From an uncultured Gammaproteobacteria bacterium (GTDB taxonomy: Bacteria; Pseudomonadota; Gammaproteobacteria; Nevskiales; Nevskiaceae), in contig CAVZMV010000002.1 in assembly GCA_963776465.1 (NCBI GenBank), positions 1,350,498-1,414,497 of the forward strand: 64,000 nt of DNA, read 5' to 3'. Of this stretch, positions 1 to 13,234 are shown in pieces. How positions within the stretch are numbered: the stretch's first letter is position 1; each line of letters starts with the position of its first letter. The notes below the pieces were generated by a model. The model saw only the letters and a list, made by a program, of their open reading frames with translations, did not search any database and was not told the origin of the DNA. The position numbers and the translations under genes are program-made.

Positions 1-1
1 C

Positions 2-643
2 GGTGCGGCCGTGATCGCCGAGATCAAGAAAGCGTCGCCGAGCAAGGGCCTGATCCGCGCTGCGTTCGATCCCGCGTGGATCGCACGCGAGTACGAGAGC
101 GGCGGTGCGGCGTGCTTGTCGGTGTTGACCGACGAGCAATTCTTCCAGGGAGGTAACGATCACCTGCGACAGGCCCGCGCCGCGTGCACGCTGCCGGTGA
201 TCCGCAAGGATTTCATCAGCGACGAGATGCAGGTGCTCGAAGCACGCGCCATCGGCGCCGACTGCGTGCTGCTGATCGCCGCCGCGCTATCGGGCACGAA
301 GCTCGCGGAGCTGCACGCGTGCGCGCGCAGCCTGCAGCTCGACGTGCTGGTCGAGGTTCACGATCGCGCGGAGCTCGAGCAGGTGCTGCGCGCCGGGCTC
401 GGAGCGGCGGCGCTGCTCGGCATCAACAATCGCAACCTGCGCACCTTTGAGGTGCGGCTGGAGACGACGCTCGAGCTGCTGCCACTCCTGCCCGACGATG
501 CCGAGGTGGTCACCGAGAGCGGCATTTTCACGCCCGCCGACGTGCGACGCATGCGCGACGCCGGCGTGCATCGCTTCCTGATCGGCGAATCCCTGATGCG
601 GCAGCCGAGCCCGGGTGCGTCGCTGCGCGAGTTGTTGCGTTAA
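2..643 (+). CDS. trpC: indole-3-glycerol phosphate synthase, 5' end outside window
   Basis: The frame is open to the window edge. [24 protein letters not shown] and GINNRNL align with the E. coli TrpC IGPS domain. Confidence 0.9.
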   Translation, partial: GAAVIAEIKKASPSKGLIRAAFDPAWIAREYESGGAACLSVLTDEQFFQGGNDHLRQARAACTLPVIRKDFISDEMQVLEARAIGADCVLLIAAALSGTKLAELHACARSLQLDVLVEVHDRAELEQVLRAGLGAAALLGINNRNLRTFEVRLETTLELLPLLPDDAEVVTESGIFTPADVRRMRDAGVHRFLIGESLMRQPSPGASLRELLR

Positions 644-1323
644 CCGGCGGTCTTGCTGTCGATCCCCAGCAGCAGGACGTTGCGCCCCTGCATGCTGATC
701 ACGCCGTTCTCCTCGAGGCGCTTCAGCACGCGGCCCGCCATCTCCCGCGAGCAGCCGACGACGCGCGCGAGCTCCTGACGGGCGACGCGCACCATGGTGC
801 CGCGCGGGTTGGCCTTGGCTTCGGGCGAGTCGGCCATCTCCAGCAATGCGCGCGCGGTGCGGCCGGCGACGTCCAGGAACGCCAGGTCCGACAGCCGTCG
901 GCTGGTGTCGCGCAGGCGCAGCGCCAGCTGCTCGGCGATCACGAACATGATGTCCGGATGCTGGTGCGCGAACGCGCGGAACGCGTCGTAGCCCAGCTGC
1001 GCGACCAGCGTCGCCACGCGCGAGTTGACGATGGCGCTGCGCGTTTGCTGCTCGGGGAACAGGCACATCTCGCCGAAGAAGTCGCCGCCGTTGAGATAGG
1101 CGAGCACGATCTCGCGGCCGTCCTCGTCCTCGAGCATCACGCTGACCGAGCCCTCGAGGATCAGATAGAGCGAGTCGGGCACCTCGCCGGCGCGCACGAT
1201 GGTGTGCTTAGGCGGGATGCTGCGCTTGTGGGCGCGTGCGATGAAATCCCTGACCGCTGGATGTGAGAGTGCTTTCGAGCTCACGGTTCTGGCGTCACTC
1301 CAGTGTTTGCCCGAAAATAACAC
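640..1323 (-). CDS. CRP/FNR-family cyclic-nucleotide-binding transcription regulator (Clp/Vfr-like)
   Basis: It has a cNMP-binding core ([18 protein letters not shown]) and a C-terminal HTH ([22 protein letters not shown]). The start is GTG 1323 or GTG 1287. Confidence 0.85.
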   Translation of the reverse strand: MLFSGKHWSDARTVSSKALSHPAVRDFIARAHKRSIPPKHTIVRAGEVPDSLYLILEGSVSVMLEDEDGREIVLAYLNGGDFFGEMCLFPEQQTRSAIVNSRVATLVAQLGYDAFRAFAHQHPDIMFVIAEQLALRLRDTSRRLSDLAFLDVAGRTARALLEMADSPEAKANPRGTMVRVARQELARVVGCSREMAGRVLKRLEENGVISMQGRNVLLLGIDSKTAG

Positions 1324-1352
1324 ACCTCGCCGTGGCTCCCCGGAGATCTCCC

Positions 1353-1775
1353 TTGCAAGCGCGCATCAAGTGGGCGGAAAACGCCGCCTTCGTCGGCGAG
1401 ACCGGCAGCGGCCACGCCATCGTCATCGATGGGCCGCAGGACATCGGCGGCCGCAACCTCGGCCCGCGACCGATGGAGCTGATGCTGCTGTCGGTCGGCT
1501 CCTGCTCGGCGGTCGACGTCGTGCACATCCTCAAGAAGGCGCGGCAGGCCGTCACCGACTGCGTGGTCGAGGTGAAGGGCAAGCGTGCAGAGACCGATCC
1601 CAAGGTGTTCACCGAGATCCACCTGCACTTCGTGATCAGCGGCCGCGAGCTCTCGGAGAACCATGTGAAGCGCGCAGTCGAGCTGTCGTCGGACAAGTAC
1701 TGCTCGGCCTCGATCATGCTGCAGGGCGGCGGCGTGAAGGTGACGCACGACTACGAGATTGCAGCGGCGAAATAA
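1353..1775 (+). CDS. OsmC/YhfA-family protein
   Basis: GPRPMELMLLSVGSCSAVDVV and DKYCSAS are OsmC-type Cys motifs. The likely start is TTG 1353, 7 nt after GGAGA; the tracked ORF begins at 1263. Confidence 0.8.
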   Translation: MQARIKWAENAAFVGETGSGHAIVIDGPQDIGGRNLGPRPMELMLLSVGSCSAVDVVHILKKARQAVTDCVVEVKGKRAETDPKVFTEIHLHFVISGRELSENHVKRAVELSSDKYCSASIMLQGGGVKVTHDYEIAAAK

Positions 1776-1896
1776 GCACCACATCCGGGAAGTTTTGGCT
1801 CATAATTGCGCGCGACGCACGCGGGCCCGGCGGCTTTAGCCGCCGATCAATTGGCTACCGCGTGTTTTCTATTTAAGCGACCGGGGATTAAAGGAA

Positions 1897-2691
1897 TTGG
1901 CGAAGGCAACCCAGAGGAGCAAGGAGCTGAAGCTCAAGCTGCACGGCTTCAACAACCTCACCAAGTCGCTGTCGTTCAACATCTACGACATCTGCTTCGC
2001 GCGCACCAAGCAGCATCAGCAGGAATACGTCGAATACATCGACGAGGCCTACAACGCCGAGCGCCTCACCGCGATCCTGACCGAGGTCGCCAACATCATC
2101 GGCGCCAACATCCTCAACGTCGCCCGCCAGGACTACGATCCGCAGGGCGCGTCGGTCACCATGCTGATCTCGGAAGGCCATCACGATGGCCTGCACGTGC
2201 CGAAGAACTCCGTCGTCACGCACCTAGACAAGAGCCATATCACGGTGCACACCTATCCGGAGACGCACCCGGACAACGGCATCTCCACCTTCCGCGCCGA
2301 CATCGACGTCTCGACCTGCGGCAAGATCTCGCCGCTGAAGGCGCTGAACTACCTGATCAACAGCTTCGAGTCCGACATCGTGGTGATGGATTACCGCGTG
2401 CGCGGCTTCACCCGCAACGTGCGCGGCATGAAGCATTACATCGATCACCAGATCGACTCGATCCAGAACTTCGTCGCCAAGGACATCCGCGACAAGTACC
2501 AGATGGTGGACGTCTGCGTGTACCAGGAATACATCTTCCACACGAAGATGCGGCTCAAGGAGCTGGACCTGGACACCTACCTCTTCGGAGAAGGCGCCGC
2601 CGAGCTCCCCCCGCGCGAGGCCAAGCGCATCCGTGACCGCGTCAACTACGAGATCATGGAAATCTTCTACGGGCGCAACATCCAGCGATAG
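1897..2691 (+). CDS. speD: S-adenosylmethionine decarboxylase proenzyme
   Basis: [36 protein letters not shown] and YRVRGFTR are near-colinear with E. coli SpeD. Confidence 0.9.
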   Translation: MAKATQRSKELKLKLHGFNNLTKSLSFNIYDICFARTKQHQQEYVEYIDEAYNAERLTAILTEVANIIGANILNVARQDYDPQGASVTMLISEGHHDGLHVPKNSVVTHLDKSHITVHTYPETHPDNGISTFRADIDVSTCGKISPLKALNYLINSFESDIVVMDYRVRGFTRNVRGMKHYIDHQIDSIQNFVAKDIRDKYQMVDVCVYQEYIFHTKMRLKELDLDTYLFGEGAAELPPREAKRIRDRVNYEIMEIFYGRNIQR

Positions 2692-2926
2692 GCCGGTTCG
2701 ACGTCGCACGTTGCACGACCTGCACGATCGTCCGCTTGCACTTTGCCCGCACAGCCCTCCCGAGCGGACACTTCCCACCTGAGCATTTGTTGACCGCCGG
2801 GCGCTGAAACCCAAGCCGGGCGTAGCCTCGCCCGCGATCTATCCACAGCCTATTTCGCGATGCAGCAATGGCATGTCCGTTGCAGTACCGAAGGCCGTTC
2901 TGTGGGGATGCGAGGGGGAAAACGAC

Positions 2927-3151
2927 ATGAGCCAATACCACCTGCTGCTGAGGGGCGGCCACTGGATGCTCGAGAAGGATGGCTCGGCGACGCCGATCCG
3001 GACGTTCTGGACCAAGCGCGAGGGTGTGAACTACAGCTTGAGCTACATCGAACACTTCGGCGGATCGCTGACGATCCACCGCCTGGACGGCAGCCTCCAG
3101 GAAGCCCGTACCTATCCGGGCGGCGCGCAGCCGATCGGGATCGCAGCGTAA
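2927..3151 (+). CDS. small DUF2188-like protein
   Basis: ATG 2927 follows GAGGGGGAA. The product MSQYHLLLRGGHWMLEKDG...LTIHRLDG is a paralogue of the next ORF. Confidence 0.55.
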   Translation: MSQYHLLLRGGHWMLEKDGSATPIRTFWTKREGVNYSLSYIEHFGGSLTIHRLDGSLQEARTYPGGAQPIGIAA

Positions 3152-3185
3152 GGACACGCATCACCACCTCGCCAGGAATCGACGA

Positions 3186-3419
3186 ATGTTTCGAAGCAAA
3201 CGTAATTGCCACCTCCGCCTGCAGGGCGGTCGCTGGGTCTTGTTGCAGGAAGGGTTCTCCTCGCCCCTGAAGGTGTTCGGATCCAAGTACCAGGGCGTCA
3301 CCTACTGCCTGTCCTATATCGACGAGACCGGCTGCTCGGTGACCATCCACAGCGCGGCCGACGTCGCTCCCGAGCGCTCGTTCGACCCCGGCTCGACGCC
3401 GGTCCCGGTCGCGGCCTGA
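3186..3419 (+). CDS. small DUF2188-like protein (tandem paralogue)
   Basis: HLRLQGGRWVLLQEG...YCLSYIDETGCSVTIH aligns by eye with ORF 2927..3151. Confidence 0.55.
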   Translation: MFRSKRNCHLRLQGGRWVLLQEGFSSPLKVFGSKYQGVTYCLSYIDETGCSVTIHSAADVAPERSFDPGSTPVPVAA

Positions 3420-3430
3420 ACGCACGTCCC

Positions 3431-3853
3431 ATGAAAGGCGCAGCGCAAGCGGCGCTCGCGCCGGCGGGCAAGGTGGGCCGGATCCTGATCGTCGACGACA
3501 ACGTCGATGGCCTGCGCATGATGCAGATCCTCCTCGAGGCCGCCGGTCACGTCGTGCGCATCGCCGGCGACGGACACAGCGCGCTGGCGGTCGCCAAGGA
3601 ATTCCGTCCCGACGTGATCCTCCTGGACATCGGCATGCCCGGCGTCTCCGGTTACGAAGTTGCGCGCCAGCTGCGCGAGCTTGCGGCCTTCGCCGACGTG
3701 CGCCTGATTGCGGTGACGGGCTACGGCCGCGCCGAGGACGTGCAGCAGAGCTTCGACGCCGGCTTCGACGACCATCTGACCAAGCCGGTCAACCCCGACG
3801 TGCTGCGCAGCGTCATCGCCGGCACTAGAGCCGGTACGCTCCGAACTTCATGA
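3431..3853 (+). CDS. single-domain response regulator (CheY-like receiver)
   Basis: [28 protein letters not shown] and LTKPV are canonical receiver motifs. There is no output domain. Confidence 0.85.
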   Translation: MKGAAQAALAPAGKVGRILIVDDNVDGLRMMQILLEAAGHVVRIAGDGHSALAVAKEFRPDVILLDIGMPGVSGYEVARQLRELAAFADVRLIAVTGYGRAEDVQQSFDAGFDDHLTKPVNPDVLRSVIAGTRAGTLRTS

Positions 3854-4448
3854 TCCGCGCCACGCCGCGCATGAGCGCGCGCACTGGCGAAGGCAGCGGC
3901 TTTCCTCCTGCAGCTTCGGCGCGTCGCCCGTGCCGCGACTCGTCCTCGCGCATCTTCGTCACGATCGCCCGGCTCCTGGCATCGTCCGGCGGCAGCTTCT
4001 GCAGGTGATCTTCCAGGTGCTCGGAAACCTGCTTCTCTGTTTCCGCCACGAACCCCAGGCTCCAGTGGTCGCCGGCGAGGCCTGCCGCTGCGCCGATCGC
4101 GAACGAGCCGGCGTGCCACAGGGGTTTCAGGACGCTTGGGGTGGCGCCCAACTCAGCCAGCCGCTCTTCGCACCAGCGCAGGTGCTGTTGCTCTTCGCGC
4201 GCGGCCTCCAGCATGTGCGCGCGGACCTTCGGATCGCGCGCAGTCAGCGCCTGTCCCTGGTAGAGCGCCTGCGCCGCGATCTCGCCGGCGTGGTTGACGC
4301 GCATCAGACCGGCCGCATGCCGGCGCGCAGCCGCGTCGAGACCGGTCTCGGGCTCGGCGTCGGCGGACCGCGCCGTGCTCGCCGCGCGCGACAGGCCACT
4401 CTGCAGGCGCATCAGCAGACGATCGGCGGAGGAGTATTGACGGGGCAT
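3825..4448 (-). CDS. coq7: demethoxyubiquinone hydroxylase (diiron)
   Basis: [34 protein letters not shown] and REDESRHG are Coq7 diiron motifs. The start was moved to ATG 4448. Confidence 0.85.
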   Translation of the reverse strand: MPRQYSSADRLLMRLQSGLSRAASTARSADAEPETGLDAAARRHAAGLMRVNHAGEIAAQALYQGQALTARDPKVRAHMLEAAREEQQHLRWCEERLAELGATPSVLKPLWHAGSFAIGAAAGLAGDHWSLGFVAETEKQVSEHLEDHLQKLPPDDARSRAIVTKMREDESRHGRRAEAAGGKPLPSPVRALMRGVARIMKFGAYRL

Positions 4449-4509
4449 CGGCTTCCTTCGGTGGGCGAAAAATCCACCTAGAATGAGACTCCATTCTACG
4501 ACCCCGGCC

Positions 4510-5595
4510 ATGCGCCTTTATCCCAATCAGCTGTCCTCGCATCTGGCCCGGGGGCTCGCGCCGATCTACGTCGTCGGCGGAGAAGAGCCGCTCCTGATCG
4601 AGGAATCGCTCGACGCGATCCGCGCCGCGGCGCGCCAGCATGGCTACAGCGAGCGGGAGATCCTGGAGGTGGAACCAGGGTTCGACTGGCAGCGCCTGAT
4701 CGAGTCCTACGCGAGCATGTCGCTGTTCGCGAGCCGTCGCATGGTCGAGCTGCGCATGCCGCGCGGTATCGCGCCGGGCCGCAGGAAGTCCGCGGACGAC
4801 GGCGAGGAAGGCGATTCGGAGAAGGGCAGCGGCAGCGGCGTCAAGATCCTGCCGGAGCTCGCGCGCAACCCAGCGCCGGACACCATCCTCATCGTCGTCT
4901 GCGGCAAGCTCGACTGGCGCGCGCGTCAGGCGGGCTGGTTCCTCGCGCTGGAGCAAGCGGGAGCGAGCTTGTATTGCGAGCAGGTGAAAGCCGACAAGCT
5001 GGCGGCCTGGCTGCAGGGTCGGCTCAAGCAGGCCGGCCTCTCTGCTGACGCCGAAGCGATCCAGCTGCTCGCCGAACGCACCGAGGGCCACCTTCTCGCC
5101 GCGGCCCAGGATGTCGAGAAACTCAAATTATTGTTCCCGAAAGGGCCGATCGGAGCCGAGGAAATACGCTCCGCAGTCGCCGATAGCGCGCGCTTCGAGG
5201 CTTTTGACCTCTCCGACAAGATTTTGTCGGGGGATGCCGCCGGTGCGGCACGGGCTTTGCAGCGGCTGCGCGACGAGGGCGAGGAGATCCCCAAGCTCCT
5301 CGGCGCGCTGGCCTACGACCTGCGCTGCTGGGCGTCGGCGGCGCTGGTGCATGAAAAAACCCGCAACGCCGCGGCAGCGGTAGAGCAGGTGCGCATCTGG
5401 AAGAGTCGCCAGCCCAGCTTCATCAAGGGTTTGGAGCGTGCCAAGACCCCGCAGATCCTGGGCTGGCTGGCGCGCTGCGCAGACGTCGACGCCGCCTACA
5501 AACAGGGTTTCTACGAGCAAGCCTGGGAGGACCTGCTAACATTCATCACGGCTGCCAGTGGGGTCGACGAAGCGACGCTTCGTTCCGCCGCCTGA
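4510..5595 (+). CDS. holA: DNA polymerase III delta subunit
   Basis: [12 protein letters not shown]...[12 protein letters not shown] is a HolA-type N-terminus. Length and position upstream of proA/nadD fit. Confidence 0.8.
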   Translation: MRLYPNQLSSHLARGLAPIYVVGGEEPLLIEESLDAIRAAARQHGYSEREILEVEPGFDWQRLIESYASMSLFASRRMVELRMPRGIAPGRRKSADDGEEGDSEKGSGSGVKILPELARNPAPDTILIVVCGKLDWRARQAGWFLALEQAGASLYCEQVKADKLAAWLQGRLKQAGLSADAEAIQLLAERTEGHLLAAAQDVEKLKLLFPKGPIGAEEIRSAVADSARFEAFDLSDKILSGDAAGAARALQRLRDEGEEIPKLLGALAYDLRCWASAALVHEKTRNAAAAVEQVRIWKSRQPSFIKGLERAKTPQILGWLARCADVDAAYKQGFYEQAWEDLLTFITAASGVDEATLRSAA

Positions 5596-5663
5596 AGTCT
5601 CCCCGCGCGAAGTCCTGAGGTCGGTATGGCAAAGCGAGTTTTCTCTGAAGGTCCGCGATCGAT

Positions 5664-6971
5664 ATGAGCCCTGCTGCCATCAAAGTACCCCCCAAGTCCA
5701 CGAGCAAGATCAGTGACGCCGCAATAACGGCGTATATGCGCCAGAAGGGCGAGCGGGCCCGGGGCGCTGCCCGCCACATCGCGCGGGCGGATACGGGGCA
5801 GAAGAACGCCTGCCTGTTCGCGCTGGCGGACATCCTCAAGAGCGAGACCCGCAGCATCCTTGGCGCCAATGCGCAGGACCTCGCGGCTGGACGCTCGGCC
5901 AAGCTCGACGCGGCCATGCTCGATCGGCTGCAATTGAACGAAGACCGCATCGCCGCGATGGCCGATGGCGTGATCCAGATCGCCAACCTGCCGGATCCGG
6001 TCGGCGAGATGACCGACCTCAAGCTGCGTCCCTCCGGCATCCAGGTGGGGAAGATGCGCGTGCCGCTCGGCGTCGTCGGCATCATTTACGAATCACGCCC
6101 CAACGTCACCGCAGACGCCGCGGCGCTGTGCCTGAAGTCCGGCAACGCCAGCATCCTGCGCGGCGGGTCGGAAGCGGTGCATTCCAATCAGGCGATCGCG
6201 CGGGCGGTGGAGCGCGCGCTGTCGGACTCGCGCCTGCCGCCGGAAACCGTGCAGGTGCTGGACATCACCGATCGCCGCACGGTCGGCAATCTGGTGGCGA
6301 TGCCCGAGTACGTGGACGTGATCATCCCGCGCGGAGGCAAGGGCCTGGTCGCAGCGGTGTCGGAATCCGCCAAGGTACCGGTGATCAAGCATCTCGACGG
6401 CATTTGCCACGTGTTCATCGACCGCGAAGCCGACCGCGAGAAGGCGATCCCGATCGCGGTCAACGCCAAGACCCAGCGCTACGGCACCTGCAACACCATG
6501 GAGACCCTGCTGGTCGACGCGCCGATCGCCGACAAGGTGCTGCCGGAGCTTGGCCGCATCTACAGCGAGCACGGCGTGGAGCTGCGCGGCTGCGAGCGCA
6601 CGCGGCGCATCCTGCAGGACGCGCGGCCGGCGAGCGAGGAGGACTGGCGGACGGAGTATCTCGCCCCGATCCTGTCGATCAAGGTGGTCGACGGCATCGA
6701 CGACGCCATCGCCCACATCGCCAAGTACGGCTCCAAGCACACCGACTCGATCGTCACCGAGAACTACACCCGTGCGCGCAAGTTCCTGCGTGAGGTAGAC
6801 TCGAGCTCAGTGATGGTCAATGCCTCGACGCGCTTCGCGGACGGTTACGAGTACGGACTCGGCGCCGAGATCGGCATCAGCACCGACAAATTCCACGCCC
6901 GCGGACCGGTCGGCCTCGAAGGCCTGACGTCCCAGAAATGGGTCGTGCTGGGAGACGGCCACGTCAGGTAA
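5664..6971 (+). CDS. proA: gamma-glutamyl phosphate reductase
   Basis: [37 protein letters not shown] and the NASTRFADG motifs are present. Confidence 0.9.
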   Translation: MSPAAIKVPPKSTSKISDAAITAYMRQKGERARGAARHIARADTGQKNACLFALADILKSETRSILGANAQDLAAGRSAKLDAAMLDRLQLNEDRIAAMADGVIQIANLPDPVGEMTDLKLRPSGIQVGKMRVPLGVVGIIYESRPNVTADAAALCLKSGNASILRGGSEAVHSNQAIARAVERALSDSRLPPETVQVLDITDRRTVGNLVAMPEYVDVIIPRGGKGLVAAVSESAKVPVIKHLDGICHVFIDREADREKAIPIAVNAKTQRYGTCNTMETLLVDAPIADKVLPELGRIYSEHGVELRGCERTRRILQDARPASEEDWRTEYLAPILSIKVVDGIDDAIAHIAKYGSKHTDSIVTENYTRARKFLREVDSSSVMVNASTRFADGYEYGLGAEIGISTDKFHARGPVGLEGLTSQKWVVLGDGHVR

Positions 6972-7005
6972 CGCGCACGGCGGGCCGCTTGGGCATCGGT
7001 AACTG

Positions 7006-7671
7006 ATGCGGCGGGGCTTCATCGGCGTATTCGGTGGCGCCTTCGCGCCCTTCCACACCGGACACCTGCGGCTCGCAATCGAAGCGCGCGAGCGCCTGGG
7101 CCTTTCCCAGCTGCGCCTGGTGCCGACCGCGCATCCTCCGCATCGCCCCGATTCCCGCGTGAGCCCGCAGCGCCGCTTCGAATGGGTGCGGCTGGCGACG
7201 CGGCGTGAGCGGGGATTGCTGGTCGACGACTGCGAGATCCTTCGCAACGGTCCTTCCTACACCGTCGACACGCTGGCCGACCTGCACAAGCTGCATCCGC
7301 GCACGCCGCTGTGCTTGCTGATGGGCGCCGACGCCTTCGCGCACCTGCACATGTGGCATCGCTGGCAGCAGATCCTCGAGCTGGCGCATCTGGCAGTGAT
7401 CACCCGTCCCGGCGCGCACTCGCCGTCGCGCGAAGTCCTGGAGGCGCTCGCCGGCCGGGAAGCTCCCGACGCCGAGACGCTGCGCGAGCAGCACGCCGGC
7501 TGCTGGATACGCCTGGAGCTGCCCGCGCTCGACATCTCTTCCACCCGCATCCGCCGCAGGCTCAAGGCGGGGCAGTCGGTACGCGGTCTGGTGCCGGACG
7601 CCATTCTCAACTCACTCACTCCAACGGATATCGCCGCCCTAACCAAAGATGAAGATTCGATCACCCATTAA
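7006..7671 (+). CDS. nadD: nicotinate-nucleotide adenylyltransferase
   Basis: GVFGGAFAPFHTGHL and ISSTRIR motifs are present. Confidence 0.85.
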   Translation: MRRGFIGVFGGAFAPFHTGHLRLAIEARERLGLSQLRLVPTAHPPHRPDSRVSPQRRFEWVRLATRRERGLLVDDCEILRNGPSYTVDTLADLHKLHPRTPLCLLMGADAFAHLHMWHRWQQILELAHLAVITRPGAHSPSREVLEALAGREAPDAETLREQHAGCWIRLELPALDISSTRIRRRLKAGQSVRGLVPDAILNSLTPTDIAALTKDEDSITH

Positions 7672-8071
7672 GCGCAAGCCCGCCAAGCGCGGCTCGGCCA
7701 AACCCTCCGTCGCCAAGAGCGAGCCGGCCCTGGATTACGCCAAGCTCGCGGTCGCCGCGATCGAGGACGTGAAGGGCTTCGACATCCGGGTCCTGGACGT
7801 GCGCAACCTCACCACGATCACCGACACCATGATCGTGTGCAGCGGCACCTCGAGCCGCCACGTGAAGTCGATCGCCGACGCGGTGGTCGACCGGTTCAAG
7901 CAGCTCGGCCTGCGGCCGCGCGGCCTGCAAGGCCTGGAGCAGGGTGAGTGGGCGCTGGTGGACCTCGGCGGCATCGTGGTGCACGTGATGCAGCTGTCGA
8001 CGCGCGCGTTCTACCAGCTGGAAAAGCTCTGGGACATCCAGGAGCAGGCGAAGCCGGCCGCCGTCGGGTAG
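7649..8071 (+). CDS. rsfS: ribosome silencing factor
   Basis: DIRVLDVRNLTTITDTMIVCSGTSSRHV and WALVDLGGIVVHVM are present, in the conserved nadD-rsfS-rlmH order. Confidence 0.85.
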   Translation: MKIRSPIKRKPAKRGSAKPSVAKSEPALDYAKLAVAAIEDVKGFDIRVLDVRNLTTITDTMIVCSGTSSRHVKSIADAVVDRFKQLGLRPRGLQGLEQGEWALVDLGGIVVHVMQLSTRAFYQLEKLWDIQEQAKPAAVG

Positions 8072-8080
8072 GGCGACCGC

Positions 8081-8551
8081 ATGAGAATCCGGCTCATCGC
8101 CGTCGGCACGCGCATGCCGGGATGGGTCAAGGAAGGCTTCGCGGACTACGCGGGGCGGATGCCGCGGGAATGCAAGCTGGAGCTCGTCGAGATTCCCGTG
8201 GCGGAACGCGGCAAGAACGCCGACATTCCCCGGCTCAAGCGCGCGGAGGCGGAAAAAATCCTGAAGGCCATTCCTGCGGACGCACGGGTCATCGCGTTCG
8301 AAGAGGGCGGTGAAACACTGGGGACCGACCAGTGGGCGCAGGCCCTCAAGGGTTGGCTGCAGGGCGGCCGAGACGTTGCCCTGCTGATCGGTGGGCCCGA
8401 CGGCCTGGCCCCGGAAGCCCTGGCTCGGGCGGACCGGCGCTGGTCACTCTCCAGGCTCACCCTGCCCCACGCCTTGGCGCGGGTACTGGTGGCCGAGCAG
8501 CTGTATCGGGCGTGGACTCGGCTGACGAATCACCCGTATCATCGCGCTTAG
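8081..8551 (+). CDS. rlmH: 23S rRNA (pseudouridine1915-N3)-methyltransferase
   Basis: MRIRLIAVGTRMPGWV and LIGGPDGL...SLSRLTLPH (SPOUT knot region) are present. Confidence 0.9.
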   Translation: MRIRLIAVGTRMPGWVKEGFADYAGRMPRECKLELVEIPVAERGKNADIPRLKRAEAEKILKAIPADARVIAFEEGGETLGTDQWAQALKGWLQGGRDVALLIGGPDGLAPEALARADRRWSLSRLTLPHALARVLVAEQLYRAWTRLTNHPYHRA

Positions 8552-8583
8552 CGTTGCATAAGCACGGAAGAGCTGGAGGGGCG

Positions 8584-9492
8584 ATGTCCGCGGGGAAGAA
8601 GCCGGATGATCCGGCGGAAGTTCCGCCATTTCTGCAGGCCAAGCCGGGTCAATCCAAGGATTCAGCCCCCAGGCCTGCCGATAAGCCGGTCAAGGCTCCC
8701 GAGATTCCGTATTTTCTCCGGGGCGGGCCGGCCGCTCCTGCGCCTGACAAGCCGACGCCCAGAACGGGCGAAGCGGCGTCCAAACCAGCCGCGCCTCCAG
8801 ACGCCGGAATCCTGCGGGGATACAGCAGCCCGCCGCCGCACCCGCGGCCGACGAGCCCGCCCGCGCCGCCGAAGCCGGACGTCACACCGGCCTTCCTCAA
8901 GCCCGGGGCGCAGCTGCCCGAAAACGAAATACCGGTGCATGCCGATCTGATCTCCTCCGAGGAAGTCCAGCGCAAGCTCGACGAAATGGCCAGGGCGAGC
9001 GAGAAGGACCGGTCTGCAGAGGTGCCGCTGGTGCACCAGGTGACGGCGCCCGCCAAGCCTGCCGAGCCGACCCGCTCGACCGTGATCGACTGGGAGTCGG
9101 CGCCGGCGATCTTCGACCAGATGGTCACCGGAATCCGCCGCGATCGCCAGGTGCAGCAACGCGAGACCCAGGATCAGCAATCCAAGATCGACGCAGACTG
9201 GCAGCACGTGCTGGAGTCGATGCGCGAGCTCGAGCGCAAGGTCCAAGGTCATCCCAACCTCATCTACTTCACCATCTCGCGCGACCAGCGCGACATCTCG
9301 GTCAAGCTGGTCGATCACAACGACAAGCGCGGCTATTCGCTGTTCACGCTGTCACGCCGGCACCCGGCGGGCGCGCATCCGTCGCTCAACGCGGTCTGGC
9401 TGATCGAGTTCCCATTGCGCGAGTGGCACTACTACGACGCCAAGGAAGCGATGGCGGAGCTGGTGCTGCGCATCGCCGGACACTTGGCGTAA
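8584..9492 (+). CDS. proline-rich hypothetical protein
   Basis: The start was moved to ATG 8584 (MSAGKKPDD). It has a long P/A-rich N-terminal half and an ordered C-terminal half. I recognised no family. Confidence 0.5.
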   Translation: MSAGKKPDDPAEVPPFLQAKPGQSKDSAPRPADKPVKAPEIPYFLRGGPAAPAPDKPTPRTGEAASKPAAPPDAGILRGYSSPPPHPRPTSPPAPPKPDVTPAFLKPGAQLPENEIPVHADLISSEEVQRKLDEMARASEKDRSAEVPLVHQVTAPAKPAEPTRSTVIDWESAPAIFDQMVTGIRRDRQVQQRETQDQQSKIDADWQHVLESMRELERKVQGHPNLIYFTISRDQRDISVKLVDHNDKRGYSLFTLSRRHPAGAHPSLNAVWLIEFPLREWHYYDAKEAMAELVLRIAGHLA

Positions 9493-11460
<1,968 letters not shown>

Positions 11461-11515
11461 GTCGTCTCCGGACCGGTGCGCGATAATCGAGTGCGCATCC
11501 TAACTCCCGGCTTCC

Positions 11516-12370
11516 TTGCACTACCAACACAGCTACCACGCAGGCAACTTCGGCGACGTGTTCAAGCACGCGCTGCTGGGCGCCTTGCTTTCCGCCCTCA
11601 ACCGCAAGGAAGCGCCGTGGTTCTACCTGGAGACCCATTCCGGCGCCGGCAGCTACGACCTGTCGCGCGAGGCCGCGCGCACCGGCGAATTCCAGGACGG
11701 CATCGCCCGGCTGTGGAACCTGCGCTCGCGCGAGTCGCCGCTGACCGAGCTGCTGCGGCTGGTCGCCGCGCTCAATCCCGACGAGCAGCTGCGCGGCTAC
11801 CCGGGCTCGCCGCTGATCGCGCAGGCGCTGGCGCGGCCGCAGGATCGGCTGGCGTTCTGCGAGAAGATCCCCGAGGTCGCCGCGTCGCTGAAGAAAGCGC
11901 TGGGCCGCGACGCGCGCGTGGCGGTGCATGCGCGCGACGGCTACGAGGCCTACGCGCTGCTGCCGCCGGCCGAGAAGCGCGGCCTCGTGCTGATCGACCC
12001 GCCGTTCGAGGCGCGAGACGAGTTCGACATCGTCGGCGAATTCCTGCAGCGCGCCGTCGGCCGCTTCGCCAACGGCGTCTACGCGGCCTGGTACCCGGTC
12101 AAGAACCGGCACGCTGCCGATCGCTTCCTGCGCCGCCAGGGCGCCGAGCTAGATCGCCCGGCGATCCGCCTGGAGTTCGATACCGGCGCGCGCGCCGAGG
12201 GACAGATGCGGGGCTGCGGCATGCTGGTGGTGAACCCGCCATTCGGATTCGAAGCCCAGGCCCGCAGCATGCTCTCGTTCCTCACGCGCCCACTGGCGCA
12301 GGGGCCAAAGCCCGGCTGGTCGGTCGGCCCGCTGGCGAAGGCGGCGCCGCGCGCGAGCAGCAAGCGATGA
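11516..12370 (+). CDS. rlmJ: 23S rRNA (adenine2030-N6)-methyltransferase
   Basis: YQHSYHAGNFGDVFKH, YPGSP and LIDPPFE are present. The start is TTG. Confidence 0.85.
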   Translation: MHYQHSYHAGNFGDVFKHALLGALLSALNRKEAPWFYLETHSGAGSYDLSREAARTGEFQDGIARLWNLRSRESPLTELLRLVAALNPDEQLRGYPGSPLIAQALARPQDRLAFCEKIPEVAASLKKALGRDARVAVHARDGYEAYALLPPAEKRGLVLIDPPFEARDEFDIVGEFLQRAVGRFANGVYAAWYPVKNRHAADRFLRRQGAELDRPAIRLEFDTGARAEGQMRGCGMLVVNPPFGFEAQARSMLSFLTRPLAQGPKPGWSVGPLAKAAPRASSKR

Positions 12371-13234
12371 GCAACGACCTCAACAGCGGCTTCGACATCG
12401 CCGCGCACCTGCAACAGCTGCGCGAGCAGGGCTACACCATCATCAAGGACTTCCTGTCGGCGGAAGTTCTCTCGGAAGTGCGCCGCGAGCTCAAGCCGCA
12501 CTTGTCCACGCACAGCGGCCGCAACAACTTCGAGGGCTACAAGACCGAGCGCGTCTACACGCTGGTCGCGCGCGCCAAGGTTTTCGAGCGCATCGTCGAC
12601 GACGCGCGCGTGATGGCGCTGTGCGCGAAGTTCCTGAAGCCGGGCTACCTGCTGACGGCGAGCCAGGCGATCTGCATCTACCCCGGCGAGACGCCACAGC
12701 CGATCCACTCGGACGATGCCTTCTACACGCTGCCGCGCCCGCGCGCGCCGATCAGCGTCAGTACCATCGTCGCCGTCGACGACTTCACCGCCGAGAACGG
12801 CGGCACCGAGGTCATCCCCGGCAGTCACGCCTGGGGCGACGAGCGCGTGCAGAACATCTACGACAACGGCTTGGACACCGAGGCGCCGGCCCACCCCGAC
12901 CTGGAGTGCCAGCTCGAGCCCGTGACCATGCCGGCCGGCGCCTGCGTGTTCTTCCTCGGCACGCTGCTGCATCGCGGCGGCGCCAATCGCAGCGACAAGC
13001 CGCGCCTGGCGTTCTCCAACCAGTACCTGCGAGCCCTGGGCGCGCCAGCAGGAGAACTTCTTCTTTGGGGTGCCGCGCGAGATTGCACGCGACATGTCGC
13101 CCCGCGTGCAGGAGATGCTGGGCTATTCGATCTGGCCGCCGTTCATGGGCCAGGTCACCGCGTCGCACCCGATGAAGGTGCTGCGCGAGGATTACGCCAA
13201 CGCCGTCGCCAGGGATCGCGGGAAGAAAACATGA
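12367..13234 (+). pseudogene. phytanoyl-CoA dioxygenase (PhyH) family Fe(II)/2OG oxygenase, frameshifted near 13027
   Basis: The N-terminal 220 codons look like PhyH (IHSDDAF, GGTEVIPGSH, LHRGGAN). After FSNQY the conserved CEPWARQQENFF...RGKKT tail continues in the +1 frame and ends in an ATGA overlap with the Nudix start. Confidence 0.7.

Noticed and set aside
1828-1845. The hairpin CGGCGGC ttta GCCGCCG after the OsmC-like gene, as a terminator.
   Set aside because: It has no downstream T-run. It resembles the core of a degenerate REP unit (GCGGCTTTAGCCGC), so a terminator call is not supported.
2839-2847. A DnaA-box-like 9-mer, CTATCCACA.
   Set aside because: It is a single 8-of-9 match far from dnaA, with no cluster and no AT-rich unwinding element. 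It is not evidence for an origin.
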